This document shows, piece after piece, positions 53,001-64,000 of a DNA stretch of 64,000 bases. Under the pieces are notes generated by a model. It was not told the DNA's origin and did not search any database. It saw only the letters and a list, made by a program, of their open reading frames with translations. Position 1 is the first letter of the stretch; every line of letters begins with the position of its first letter. Origin of the DNA: the human T2T-CHM13v2.0 reference genome, Homo sapiens; NCBI RefSeq assembly GCF_009914755.1, contig NC_060926.1; one strand, 5' to 3'. The translations under genes were made by a program, and so were the position numbers.

Positions 53001-55849
53001 AAAAAATGGTTTTTAGAATTTGTAATCAGATATAATGACACATGCAGGAGCTATTATGCATTCTGTTACAGTGGCTTCTTGTAAATAAAGTCTTTTTAGC
53101 ATATTTTCAGCCTATGGCATCATTGCTAGACTATATTAGATCACTTAGATATTTAGTTCATATTTGAAAACAGACTTTTCCCATAATATTGCTCTCTTTT
53201 AAAACTGCTGTGAGAGGAATATTAGGACTTAGAATGAAAATATTTATGGAAAATATTGACTTATTGTCTAAGTTTAGTGGGAATTTTTTCTCCTTTTTTT
53301 TTTTCCAATTTTTAGGGTGTTGAGTTAATATAACATTAGAGAATTATATAGTACCATATTTGCTTTTATGGGCAAAGCTATCTCCTTTAGCTTACTTGCA
53401 TTTAATTTCATATACCTTATTTATATATACACATGGTTTCCTTAATGAACATAATTTTTTATGTGAGTTTTTGAAGCTTTGGCAAACAGTCTAAGAAGCA
53501 GAGGCAACATCAAAAAATTCTATGTAATATTTTCATTTCACTTTAATGAATGTGCTACAATTAAAATTTGAAACATATTTATAGAAAAATCTTGTACAAC
53601 ATTTAGTATACAAGTTAGTTCAGAGATTGAAGAATGTATTTCTGTAAGCAGAATTGCAGGAGTGTAACTGAAGCCATCCAATGAAGGATGGGTTCAATCC
53701 AAAAATAGTAGCGGCTTTTGATCAATGCAACTTTGCAAGCCCTTAGATGAGTAAATTTTCCCTATGGAATTGATGATAAATGAAATAATCATGCACTTTA
53801 ACTTTTCAAAAGAGTTCATTTTACTTCATTCAGTTCCTTGCGTTTTCAAGATCATATATCTGAGAGGCTGTGTAGTGTAATGATGACAAAGGTAAAATTA
53901 ATATTTTGGTCTTGACTACAGCATGAATGGAATAATATTTTGATTGGAGCCTGCTGTGATGTTCTGGATCACTAACTAAATATGACACTTTTGTCCCAAT
54001 GTTGGTGGAATCATTTTGTTTATGTAGTTAAATTCTGTGTGAAATGTTAATTTTTGCAAAGAAGAAGAGGAAATAGGAAAAAACAAGATAGGTGAAGTCC
54101 TGTGGAAAAAAAAGCATATTTGAATATTGATTGGTTTCACTATTCATGTTGGGCTCTGGGGATTTCAATTATGGGTTGAATGTATAGTAGTAGACACAAT
54201 TCTCAAAAATGGCCAAATCTTAAGCTATTTGACAACTGGAAAGAAATATTTATTTTTATTTTCAAAAATATACCTAATTTAAATATAAAAATTAATTATT
54301 TTGCACAAGCAAACTTCACATATAACACTGAGCCATAGAAATTGGCTTGTGTGATTTGAATGGTAATCTTGGAGGTAGCTAATAAAACTCTGATAAAAGA
54401 GTCCAGAGGCCATCTTTTCAGTACAATTTGTGTGTTGGTTGTCATGAGCATCCAAATGTTTGCTCTTTCTATGTTCAAATTCAGGTCTTTTTGTGGAAAA
54501 CCCTATATATAGACTACATTATATATATATATAATATATAAAGACTATATTAATATAGTCTTTGAAAAGCTTTCATTTAATAGGAAATTATTTTATTGTA
54601 ATGATACTACTTGTGATTTCTTTTGCCTTACCTATAAGTGAACATATATATTCTCAGGTATTTAAATTTTTAATGTTAAAAAACCCAAAATAATAAAAAA
54701 AGGACAGGTATCATACATTTTTGATATAGGCCAATCTTAATTGAGATGAAAAAGCTGTATTAGTCAAACAGTAATTGCAAATAATGAACGGTTTTTGATA
54801 ATATCCAAATTAACCTGTAGTTTTCTCTTGACAGAATATTGTACCAAATAAAATTTTAGAAGCTTTGAAATGATACTCTTTGTTAGAGTGCCAGTTCCTT
54901 TGGTATGTGTTTCTTTTTGTCACCTGGGGCAATTTTTCCAACACGTAACACATGTGATTTTTTCTTTTTCTGCGTTTGGAATAATCAGCTTTTCCCTGTG
55001 CTCATTAAGGGGGAAAAAAATTGCAGCCAAGGTATTAGCACAAAGCAAGGTATTAACAGGGCCCAATCTCTACCAAATACCAAGTTTCTTTGTCTACTAC
55101 CTAATTAACATACTTTAATGAGTTCACTAAGTTTAATGAATACTTCATGTAAAACTCAGCACTTTCTACCTCTAGATACATCTGACACCTGATGTAACAG
55201 ATCTGGCTGATATTATGAATAATTCATGAGCTAGTATTTCTCAGATAACAAATAATAAAGAGTATGAGACATTTAATATGGAAGGAGTTCTTAAGGATTT
55301 GCTGTATACTTACTGGAACATACTATAATTCTTTCCAGAAGTCTATTGAAATGTATGTTCTAGTTAATAATAGCTTGAAAGAAACAATGTAATTTATGTA
55401 AATATATTTCTGCTCATGTTAATGATTTTTAAAATGCCTGAACCATTTAATAGTAACACTTACTGCTTATAAGTTATATTCTATTAATAGGCTTGGTTAC
55501 TTTGACACTATTGGGTGGGTCTACATTCTTTTTTAGTTTTAAGATGTGAATGATAAACATTTCTAACGTTAAAAAATGATTTTTTGAGCTGTTGAGGTTG
55601 GAAAGAGTATCTATAATGAAATTGATCACTGTTATTTATATTGGGCTAATAAATGTAGACGTGTAGTTGGTGTGTTCACCTCAATGTGAAGCATTTCATT
55701 TGGATTATGTTGAGAGATATAATCGAGCTGAGAATTTTAAGCACCCCACATCTGGGTTTGGGTTCTATTTCTACCTTGTTTTCTTCATCCTCCTGAAAAA
55801 GGAGGCAAAGAGAAATATGAATAAATTGCCTAATTTTATGATGTTATTT

Positions 55850-56030
55850 TAGCAAATATTTGAAATATTTGCAAAAATTATTACTGTGTTCCAGATTCTG
55901 CTCTAGGTGCTGGTAAAACAGAAGTGAAAACTAATGTCTCTGCCTTCCAAGGGCTTAGACTCTAGTGGGGAAGACAAGTTAGTTAATAATTGCAATAAAG
56001 TATGATAAGACCTATGAAGAAGGTTATCAG
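55850..56030 (-). mobile_element. L2 fragment
   Basis: tactgtgttccag...ctaggtgctgg...ctctgcctt...gcttagactctagtggggaagaca. Confidence 0.7.
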
Positions 56031-56859
56031 ATACAAACACTTAATCGTTTATGATTCAGCAACAAGAAGTAAGCTTTAATTTGACATTGCATAGGGTGGG
56101 ATGGGAAGATACTGTGACATCCATAATGTTTCAGCCATAAGTCCAGTGTAATCTACAGCCATAAACTAGTGTTGTGGATTTTTATAACATTGATAAAAAT
56201 GTACCTATCACAATGAGTTGTAGCAGTTACTTTGAGAAAATATATTTATATATTGAATATATATGTACATATGTGTGTGTGTATACTGCCACTCTCAAGT
56301 AATACTGCCATCATTCAAACTACTTTTGCTCTTCTTTTGGACTTGTCTTCAGGTCCTATGACATACTGTTTTGATTGTGGTAGCAGATTTTCATATTTTG
56401 AGGTTGTATCTAGTTTTTTAAAAGAACTAGAAATTACTCAGAATAAAATATGTTGTATAAGGTAGCTAAACAGAGTAAATTAATTCTTGTTTAAAATAAC
56501 AATAGAATAATAAATGCACAATCAAAGAAAAGTATGATATGAGACAGGATCTTATTTTCTATACTTATAAACTGACTTTAAAGGTAGTTTCAGAAAAAGT
56601 ATTATCATTATACATAGCAGCAATGCTGGCACATGGTGTTTGGTAACAGAAAAATTGTAGTTGCAGTACTTATATGTTAGTTGTCTAATAAACAACTCTG
56701 GCAACGAAACTTTGAACTACTCCACTGATTAAAGTATGGAATGTCAGATTGTCATGAGTCCTGTTTAGGTCTGACTATATACCCAGAATTTTGCAGTTAA
56801 GATAAATGCAGCTAAAGGGGAGAGGAAGAAGGGAAGAAACTTGAACATTCCTCTAAGGA

Positions 56860-57180
56860 ATGGGTGAAGGCATCAAGAAAATTTAGCCGGGAGAAGAGAG
56901 AATGCCTAGAGGATATGATAGCTGTTTGAAATGATCTGGAGAGCTTTCATGTAGAATAATTAGGTTTACTCTGTTGGTGACAAGAGGAGAAAACTAGAGC
57001 CAGAGAGTGGATTATACAGAGAAACAGTTTACCCCAAAGTGGAGCAGGCAGCCTCAGAAGTAGTGAGTTTCTCACTACTAGAAGTAATCAACTAGAGAAC
57101 ATGTGATCACTTTTGATTATTTTGAACAGGGACTTTAAATATTAGATGATAGTGTTTTATCAACCTTATGATTCTATAAC
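56860..57180 (+). mobile_element. L3/CR1 LINE fragment
   Basis: ggagaagagag...atatgatagctgt...tcatgtagaa...gtagtgagtttctcactactagaagta. Confidence 0.6.
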
Positions 57181-58589
57181 ATCTGGAGATTTTTTCTTTC
57201 CAAAATATATTTTACTGGTTCAGGGAATCCATAACTTTCATTACATATATTTCAATTCTCATATGTTGGAATATATTTAAGTTATAATATAGTCTTTTGG
57301 AACACATTACTTGATTTTTTTATTCCAAGAGAATATGGATATGCAAAATTTCACCCTTTTTAGCAGAGTCTTTTATAGAAGATTTCTAAATGGATTAATT
57401 TATCTTTATTCCTGGTTCTGTACATTTAGTTTGTGCAGAGAGCTAAGGCTGCATTTTCACCTTTCAATTTATTTCACTATGAATGTTCTAAAGGATGCCT
57501 TAATTCATTATTAAATGTGCATTGTGTCATGCTATCAAGTTCTAGCTTTTCAAGCTTTATGATAAGAATTTTGTGTAGAAGGTCTTTTCCCTCTTTTAAA
57601 TGAATTATTTTATATCTGCCTCATGTTGAAGCTTGCCTTCTGTCAGTATTTGTGATAAATTAGCTTCTGAATATCATTTGAAATGCTAGACACAAACTGT
57701 ATGACTATATAACAATTTTGGTATATCAGATGAAACAATTTATTTTTAGCCCACTAGTTTGACTGTCTTTTATTTTTACGAAGAAACAGCTAAATTCAAT
57801 GTCTTTCCTACCAAATTGGGATTATGGGATCATGTAGGATTTGTGGCCTTTGTGGGCAAACATTGCTTATGCAGGAACAGTGAAGGATATATCCAAGTAA
57901 AAAGTCACTTGGTCTGTTTCATTTATTTAAGGATTTATATATGTACACACAGACACACACACATACAGACGTACATATAACACACAAACACACACACATA
58001 TATAACATAAATATGGATTAGTGTTTCATTGGACTGCCTCTTTTCAAGTCCAAGCAGAATAATTTCATAATTAAATGTGCCATAGTTACTTTTGGTATAA
58101 TTAATTTGTCATACAAATACTATTATATAAATTGCTAATGTGAGTGACATACTTTGATGTAGAGATCATTTTATAGTGATGGACAACATTTTGTAATATT
58201 AAATTGTTAATAAAATCATGTGGTATATAAACATAGAGCATAGTTGATATTTTAAAATATGATTAACCTTCGCTATTTATTTAGGGCAGGCAGAGGAAAA
58301 TATGCTGCTCTTATTTTTGTTTTAAAGATGAGGCTTGTTGTTGCTTCCACTGTATACAAAATAGTGAGTTGAATTATTATTTAGAATACCAATCCAGGCC
58401 TCCAATTGGGTGACACAGTAAAACTGAATAGACTTATTATGAAGCCATGGTTTGTTATATTTGGCAATGGTTTGATATATTCTGCAAAGACTAAAGAAAA
58501 CCGTGACCTCTTTTTCAGGGTTATAAATGCAAGATCTGTTGTTAAACTGTTAAAATCATGGTTCCATTGCCTACTGTCTGTGTGTGTCT

Positions 58590-58745
58590 TGCTGTTTCTC
58601 TGATCCTCAGTTTTTGTATCAATAAATTTGTGTAATAATTATACCCACTTCGTGGGTTGTAGTGAAGATCAAATTAATTAATACATGTCAAGTGCTTATA
58701 ATGGTGTCTGGCCTACAGAAATGAATAATGTTATCATTATTATTT
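58590..58745 (+). mobile_element. MIR fragment
   Basis: ctctgatcctcagttttt...gggttgtagtgaagatcaaat...aagtgctta. Confidence 0.7.
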
Positions 58746-59634
58746 TAGTCTTTAGGGTCTTTCCCAGTATCCGATTTGCTGAGAAGGAGCCTTTTAAGTT
58801 GCTGCTACTCAAAGCTCTCTTGCTCTCCCTTTCCTTTTTTTTCTCTTCCTTCCTCTTTTCTTCTCTTCCTCCCTTTCATCATCTTTTTTTTTTTTCCATC
58901 CACAGGTTTTATTGAGCATTTACTATGCTCTAGGCATTGGATATAAGGGGAGGCAATTTCTCTTTTCCATTTTCATTAAGTATGCAAAATCTGCTGGTCT
59001 AGATTTTGAGTTTTTCAGTCATTCCAGAAAGAATGAGGCAAGGGTATTAGAATTTTTGATCCTTCACTTCTTCCTGTATCTCAGGTTTTGAGTCCTTTCT
59101 GTGCTTGGCCAGGTTTTATCTCATGCGTACATAATTTACTCCCTTAGTAACCTTGTTTATAAATAACTAACAAGGTATTTATTATGGGATATTTATAATA
59201 CAGGTTTATAAATACTAACAAGGTATTATTAGGTCATGAGGTTAACTCTTCAAGTGTTTTTATAGTTTGGTCCAACCCAATTTCCCTTTATTAGTTTTGC
59301 AAAAAATTATCTTACTTCTCTTGAACATGTCTGTCTCCATACTTTTTCTCACATAATTCTTTCTACTTCAGTATGACATTTCCTGTAGTCAGGAAATTAA
59401 ATTCTCCAGGGTCCAGATCAAACCTCCCTCTTCTATGCAGCTTTTTCAGACCACACTAAGTATAAGATATCGCTTCCTTCTCTAAGAGACTATTGTGTTC
59501 ATCTGAGCCACATGTATGCTCCTCCTGAGTGTTCTTTTTGAATGCAGGACCCATTTTAATATTTCTTCGTATCTTTTCCCCAATAATTTGGTACTGAACA
59601 ACTACAATGATAATAGGTCGTTGGTAAATATCAG

Positions 59635-60014
59635 TTCTATGGTCTGAACGTGTCTCCCAAAATTCGTATGTTGAAACTTAATTGCCAGTGTGATAGTATT
59701 AAAAGGTGGCGCCTTTAAGAGATGATTATGTCATGAGGGCAGAGCCCTGATCGATAGAATTCAGACCCTTGTAAAAGGACTTGAGAGGTTCTCTCCCTTC
59801 CAACTCTTCCACCATATGAGGACAACTTCATCCCCTCTAGAGGATGAAGCAACAAGGAGCCATATTGGAAGCAGAGAGGATGGGCTGTCAGCAGACACCA
59901 AACCTGCCAGCACCTTAATCTTGGACTTCCAGAACTGTGAGAAATAAATTTCTATTGTTCATAAGTTGCCCAGTCTCAGGTATTTTGTTATAGCAACACT
60001 AATAGACGGAGACA
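59635..60014 (+). mobile_element. MaLR solo LTR (MSTD-like) inserted in an L2 tail
   Basis: ctatggtctgaacgtgtc start, ggtattttgttatagca...gaca end, perfect 5-bp TSD ATCAG. Confidence 0.9.
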
Positions 60015-60097
60015 ATCAGTTGATGTGATTAGTTGACGCCAGGAGCAATTCTTTTATCTTTCTTGTGTTAAATATAATGTAAATTCAAAAATTATCT

Positions 60098-60280
60098 CAC
60101 ACTGGGGACTATTAGAAGGGAAGAGAGAGGGAGGGAGACAAGGGCTGAAAAACTACCTGTTGGGTACTATGCTCACCACCTGGGTGACAGGATCATTCAT
60201 ACCCCAAACCTCAGCGTCATGCAAAAAGCCTATGTGACAAGCCTGCATATGTAACCCCTAAATCTAAAATAAAAAAGAAA
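60098..60280 (+). mobile_element. L1PA15/16-like 3' end
   Basis: gggctgaaaaactacctgttgggtactatgctcaccacctgggtgacaggatcattc. Confidence 0.85.
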
Positions 60281-61009
60281 ACAGACAAAACATCGTCTGA
60301 AAATAATCCAACTCTGTTAAACGTTTTCATAGCATTTCAGAGTTTGGGAAATTTATAGCTTTTAAATTATAGTTATAGTGCTAGGTACTAGAGGAGACAG
60401 ATAGATGAAAATTATCTCTGATATCAAGGTACTTGCATTTGAGAATGATCAAAAAACCCTATAAATCAAGCCAAAGGAAAACAGGTTCTTAAAGAGTGGG
60501 AAGATAATGTGTTTTGGTGATGAGAGGAAAGAACTGTTTTATTTTGATTGTGTGAATTAGGGATTGCTTCATCAAGAAAGTGCACTTAAGGTGAGCTTTG
60601 AGTCTTAAAAGGAATTTGTGAAAAAGAGAATGGGGGGTGTGGACAAGCTGTCACGATAAGCACGTAGGGTACATGGTGGGATGTACCAAGAAGCGCAGTT
60701 GGGTGAAGTGGTTTGGGATCAGTTCATTAAAGACCTGGTGGCTTTTGAGAGCAAAATGACATGGTCTAAACTGTTTAAGCATAACAGCCCTGGTGATCTC
60801 TTTAGAGATGAAATAAGATTTGAGTAATTTGAAAAGGAAACTTTAATATTATAATAATCAGTTTTTCTTCTTCATGCATTTTTACAAACTTGAGAAATAT
60901 CTAAAGAGTGACTTTCAAAATTTAATGTTTAAAAAAACAAAAAAATTTTAATAAGGAATGAAGTGACAAAATACTCCTGCCTCCTGACTTTTTCAAATTA
61001 GAGACCATA

Positions 61010-61094
61010 TTGGGAGGCTGAGGTGGGAGAATCACTTGAGGCCAGGAGTTCAAGACCAGCTTGGGCAATGTAACAAGACCCTGTCTAAAAACAA
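61010..61094 (+). mobile_element. 5'-truncated Alu left monomer (FLAM-like)
   Basis: tgggaggctgaggtgggagaatcacttgaggccaggagttcaagaccagc. Confidence 0.85.
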
Positions 61095-62275
61095 TTTTTT
61101 TTTTTTTTAATTTAGAGACCACAGTCTTTCTGATTGACTGAATTATATCTTTGTCTTACTGATTTTCTTCATCAGCTTTTACTTCGAGGGGTGACAGAAA
61201 CATTTCATGCAGCATTACTTAGCTTTGTGCATATCAACTTCTGTCCTTTCAAGATTATATAGCAATTCACAATTTAGCAAAATGTGTCATAAGCATTAAC
61301 CTCATGATTTAAATAATTAATCTAATTCTGAGTCAGTATTAAATCCCAATGCCAAATTATATCAAAGGGAATATCCAATTTATACTTCTTCAAGTATAAT
61401 GATGTGAATGGATTTTTGATCTTTTTCATTTAATTGTGCTTCTTTTGGCTATGTTAAAAATAAGTATTCAGAAGTACAAGGTAAAAGAAAAACATTTTGG
61501 GATGGTACAGTTCTGGAAATGAGGGCAGTTATTTGTAGGTCATCAAATAAAGGTCAAACCATTCTGGAGCTTTCTGAGTCTCAGGCTAATGCGTGTATCA
61601 CGTGCATATGCGAGTGCAGTATTACTGCACTGGGAAACTGCGCCATGAGCAGGGCAGGGGGATTAACTGTTTACTTACTGATACACTAAATGCCCAGCTA
61701 ACACTCTTGTTGAAGTAGTGGAATAATTAACAACAGAATTCACTACAACATTCATGGATGAGTGTTGAAAGAGTCTGAGGTTGTATCTGGACTCTCCCTA
61801 ACTCACCCTGTGACCCTGGGATTTTAGTTTCCCTGTCTCTAAAGTAAGTCACACAATGCATTCACTTGATTCCAGTTGATGATGGATTTGTTGTGAGGGT
61901 CAGTTTCATCAGGTCAGGGTGTACTGAGAAATATTTGATGGAAATATCTGAGTGAAATTGTAATCATGGTTCCCAAATGTAGGTAGTATTTTAAAAAAGA
62001 GAAGTTAGCATTATTTTAAAATAATTGGCTGGAAGTGTGTGAGGGAAGGGGAAGAATAAATGCTTTTTCAAAATTCTATAAAAGGTACAATCTGGTAAGA
62101 TTTTCCTAGCAGTGATGAATATGATCTACTTTGACAAACAGATTAAATAAACAATGTACCTTTGCTTCTCTGTTTCATTAAAATGCCACATAAACATTTA
62201 AAAGCTTTCCTTGAAACACAAGAATCTTGGGTATAAAGTATTTAAGTATTAATACATTTAAAAAAATGAGGATTA

Positions 62276-62588
<313 letters not shown>

Positions 62589-62737
62589 GAAGTTCATTAA
62601 CAAATATATTTGAAAAAATCCACATTTAAAAATAGGTAAGTTTTAATACAACAATCACATTTAATATAAGCTAAAATGATTAAAAACATGCTTGTAAGAA
62701 TCATTAATTGGATACGTATTCATTTGTCAACTCCTAA

Positions 62738-62990
62738 GAAGGCAGTGTGGTACACTAAAATGATATGGAATGTGGCTTCATGCAGGTCTGAATTTGAAAT
62801 ACTCCTAGATGTGTGACTTGAGAAAAATATCTTAATCTCTCTGAACTACAGTGTCTCCATCTGTAAATGGGATAAAAATTTCTACCTCACAGCATTGTGA
62901 AGTAGCATTGGTATTGCATTTAATATTTAATTTTAATATGAAGTAGCATTGATAGTGCATTTAATATGGCACCTAATAGGCACTAAATGA
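62738..62990 (+). mobile_element. MIR SINE
   Basis: aggcagtgtggt start, tgtgtgacttg...cttaatctctctga...catctgtaaatggg core. Confidence 0.75.
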
Positions 62991-63309
62991 CTAATGTATT
63001 ATAGCAGATGTTTAATAGATGGTAGCTCTTACAATTATTTCTGCTACTGCTGCCACTGTTGCTGCTAAGCACTGTGTGATAGTTTAGCATTATCATCTTT
63101 CTGTAATAGAAGAAAAGTTTGATTTCTTGTTGAAAATGCTGTTCTAATGAAAGGGGAGATAGCTGGTTGGTCACCTGAAATTATATCACAAAATATTTTT
63201 ATTTCATAATATGATTGGAAATCGATGGCACTGGGGTCAAGAGAAGAAATATATGCATGGTCTGTTTATATATACCCTGATTTGGGAGGAAAGTCATCTT
63301 CATCCCTAC

Positions 63310-63450
63310 CTTTTACAAATATACAAATACTTTTGTGGAGCAGCTGCTGGATACAAGCTACTGTCTCATGTCTTGAGGATATAGCAGTGAATAAGACAGA
63401 AATGACTTCTGCTATTAAAGAGCTTACATTCTAGTCAGAAAGACAGACAT
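63310..63450 (-). mobile_element. L2 fragment
   Basis: ggatatagcagtgaataagacaga...gagcttacattctagt. Confidence 0.7.
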
Positions 63451-64000
63451 AAAGAACTAAGGGAACTGATTTTGTTAAGTCCATTCAGGCATTAAAAATA
63501 AAGCCAAACCAAACACCTTTAAGCATGACATTTCTCAAAATGTACAAACATCTAGTACTTGTTTCTCCTTCCAAGTTATAGCAGCTTAATGGGACTTTAA
63601 TAAAAACTTCTTAACACAGTAGACCTGTCCCATTTCAAGGATCTTAAAAAATAAAATCCATTTCAAGATTAGAATTGTGAAGTTGCAATCAGGCCAGTTC
63701 AATGTAGCTGTAGTTAATTTTGTGTGACAGTGGTCCTTAAAGCCAGAGCTTGCATCCTGTGATGAGGGGGCAACTCCTACCTGGTCACTAACTTAATTGT
63801 GCCCCTGAGGCCTTCTTGAAACCTCATGAGTTTCCTGCCACTCTGCTTTTGTATTTTATTCTCCAAAGATGCCACGGATGATCTTCATGATGGTGATTAT
63901 CTTTCTGATGGAGGGAGATTAAACCTGAAGCCTTCTCACATGGCATCTGCCCAGCTCAGATAGCACAGAAACAGCAACCCAAGGTTTCCTACGATCCATG

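Overview
Primate (most likely human) genomic DNA, AT-rich and full of interspersed repeats. The one gene feature is the short first coding exon of SLC4A10 (Na+-coupled bicarbonate transporter NCBE/NBCn2). Its ATG is at 13095, it encodes MEIKDQGAQMEPLLPT, and a canonical donor follows at 13143. The first ~12.9 kb is upstream flank. Everything from 13143 to the window end is intron, and I did not find the next coding exon. The rest is Alu, L1, L2, MIR, L3, LTR (MER52, MST, MLT1) and DNA-transposon (full-length HSMAR2, Tigger2a, MER47, MER5) relics. Repeat subfamily names come from recalled consensus sequences and their boundaries are approximate. I found no convincing new biological system. The best second-look items are: (1) a 200-bp 96%-identical local templated insertion, (2) an L1PA 3' transduction that could be traced to its source, (3) an old ~240-bp direct repeat ~2.85 kb apart, (4) two twin-primed L1s, (5) a nested AT-rich palindrome stack, and (6) two motif-dense candidate enhancers.
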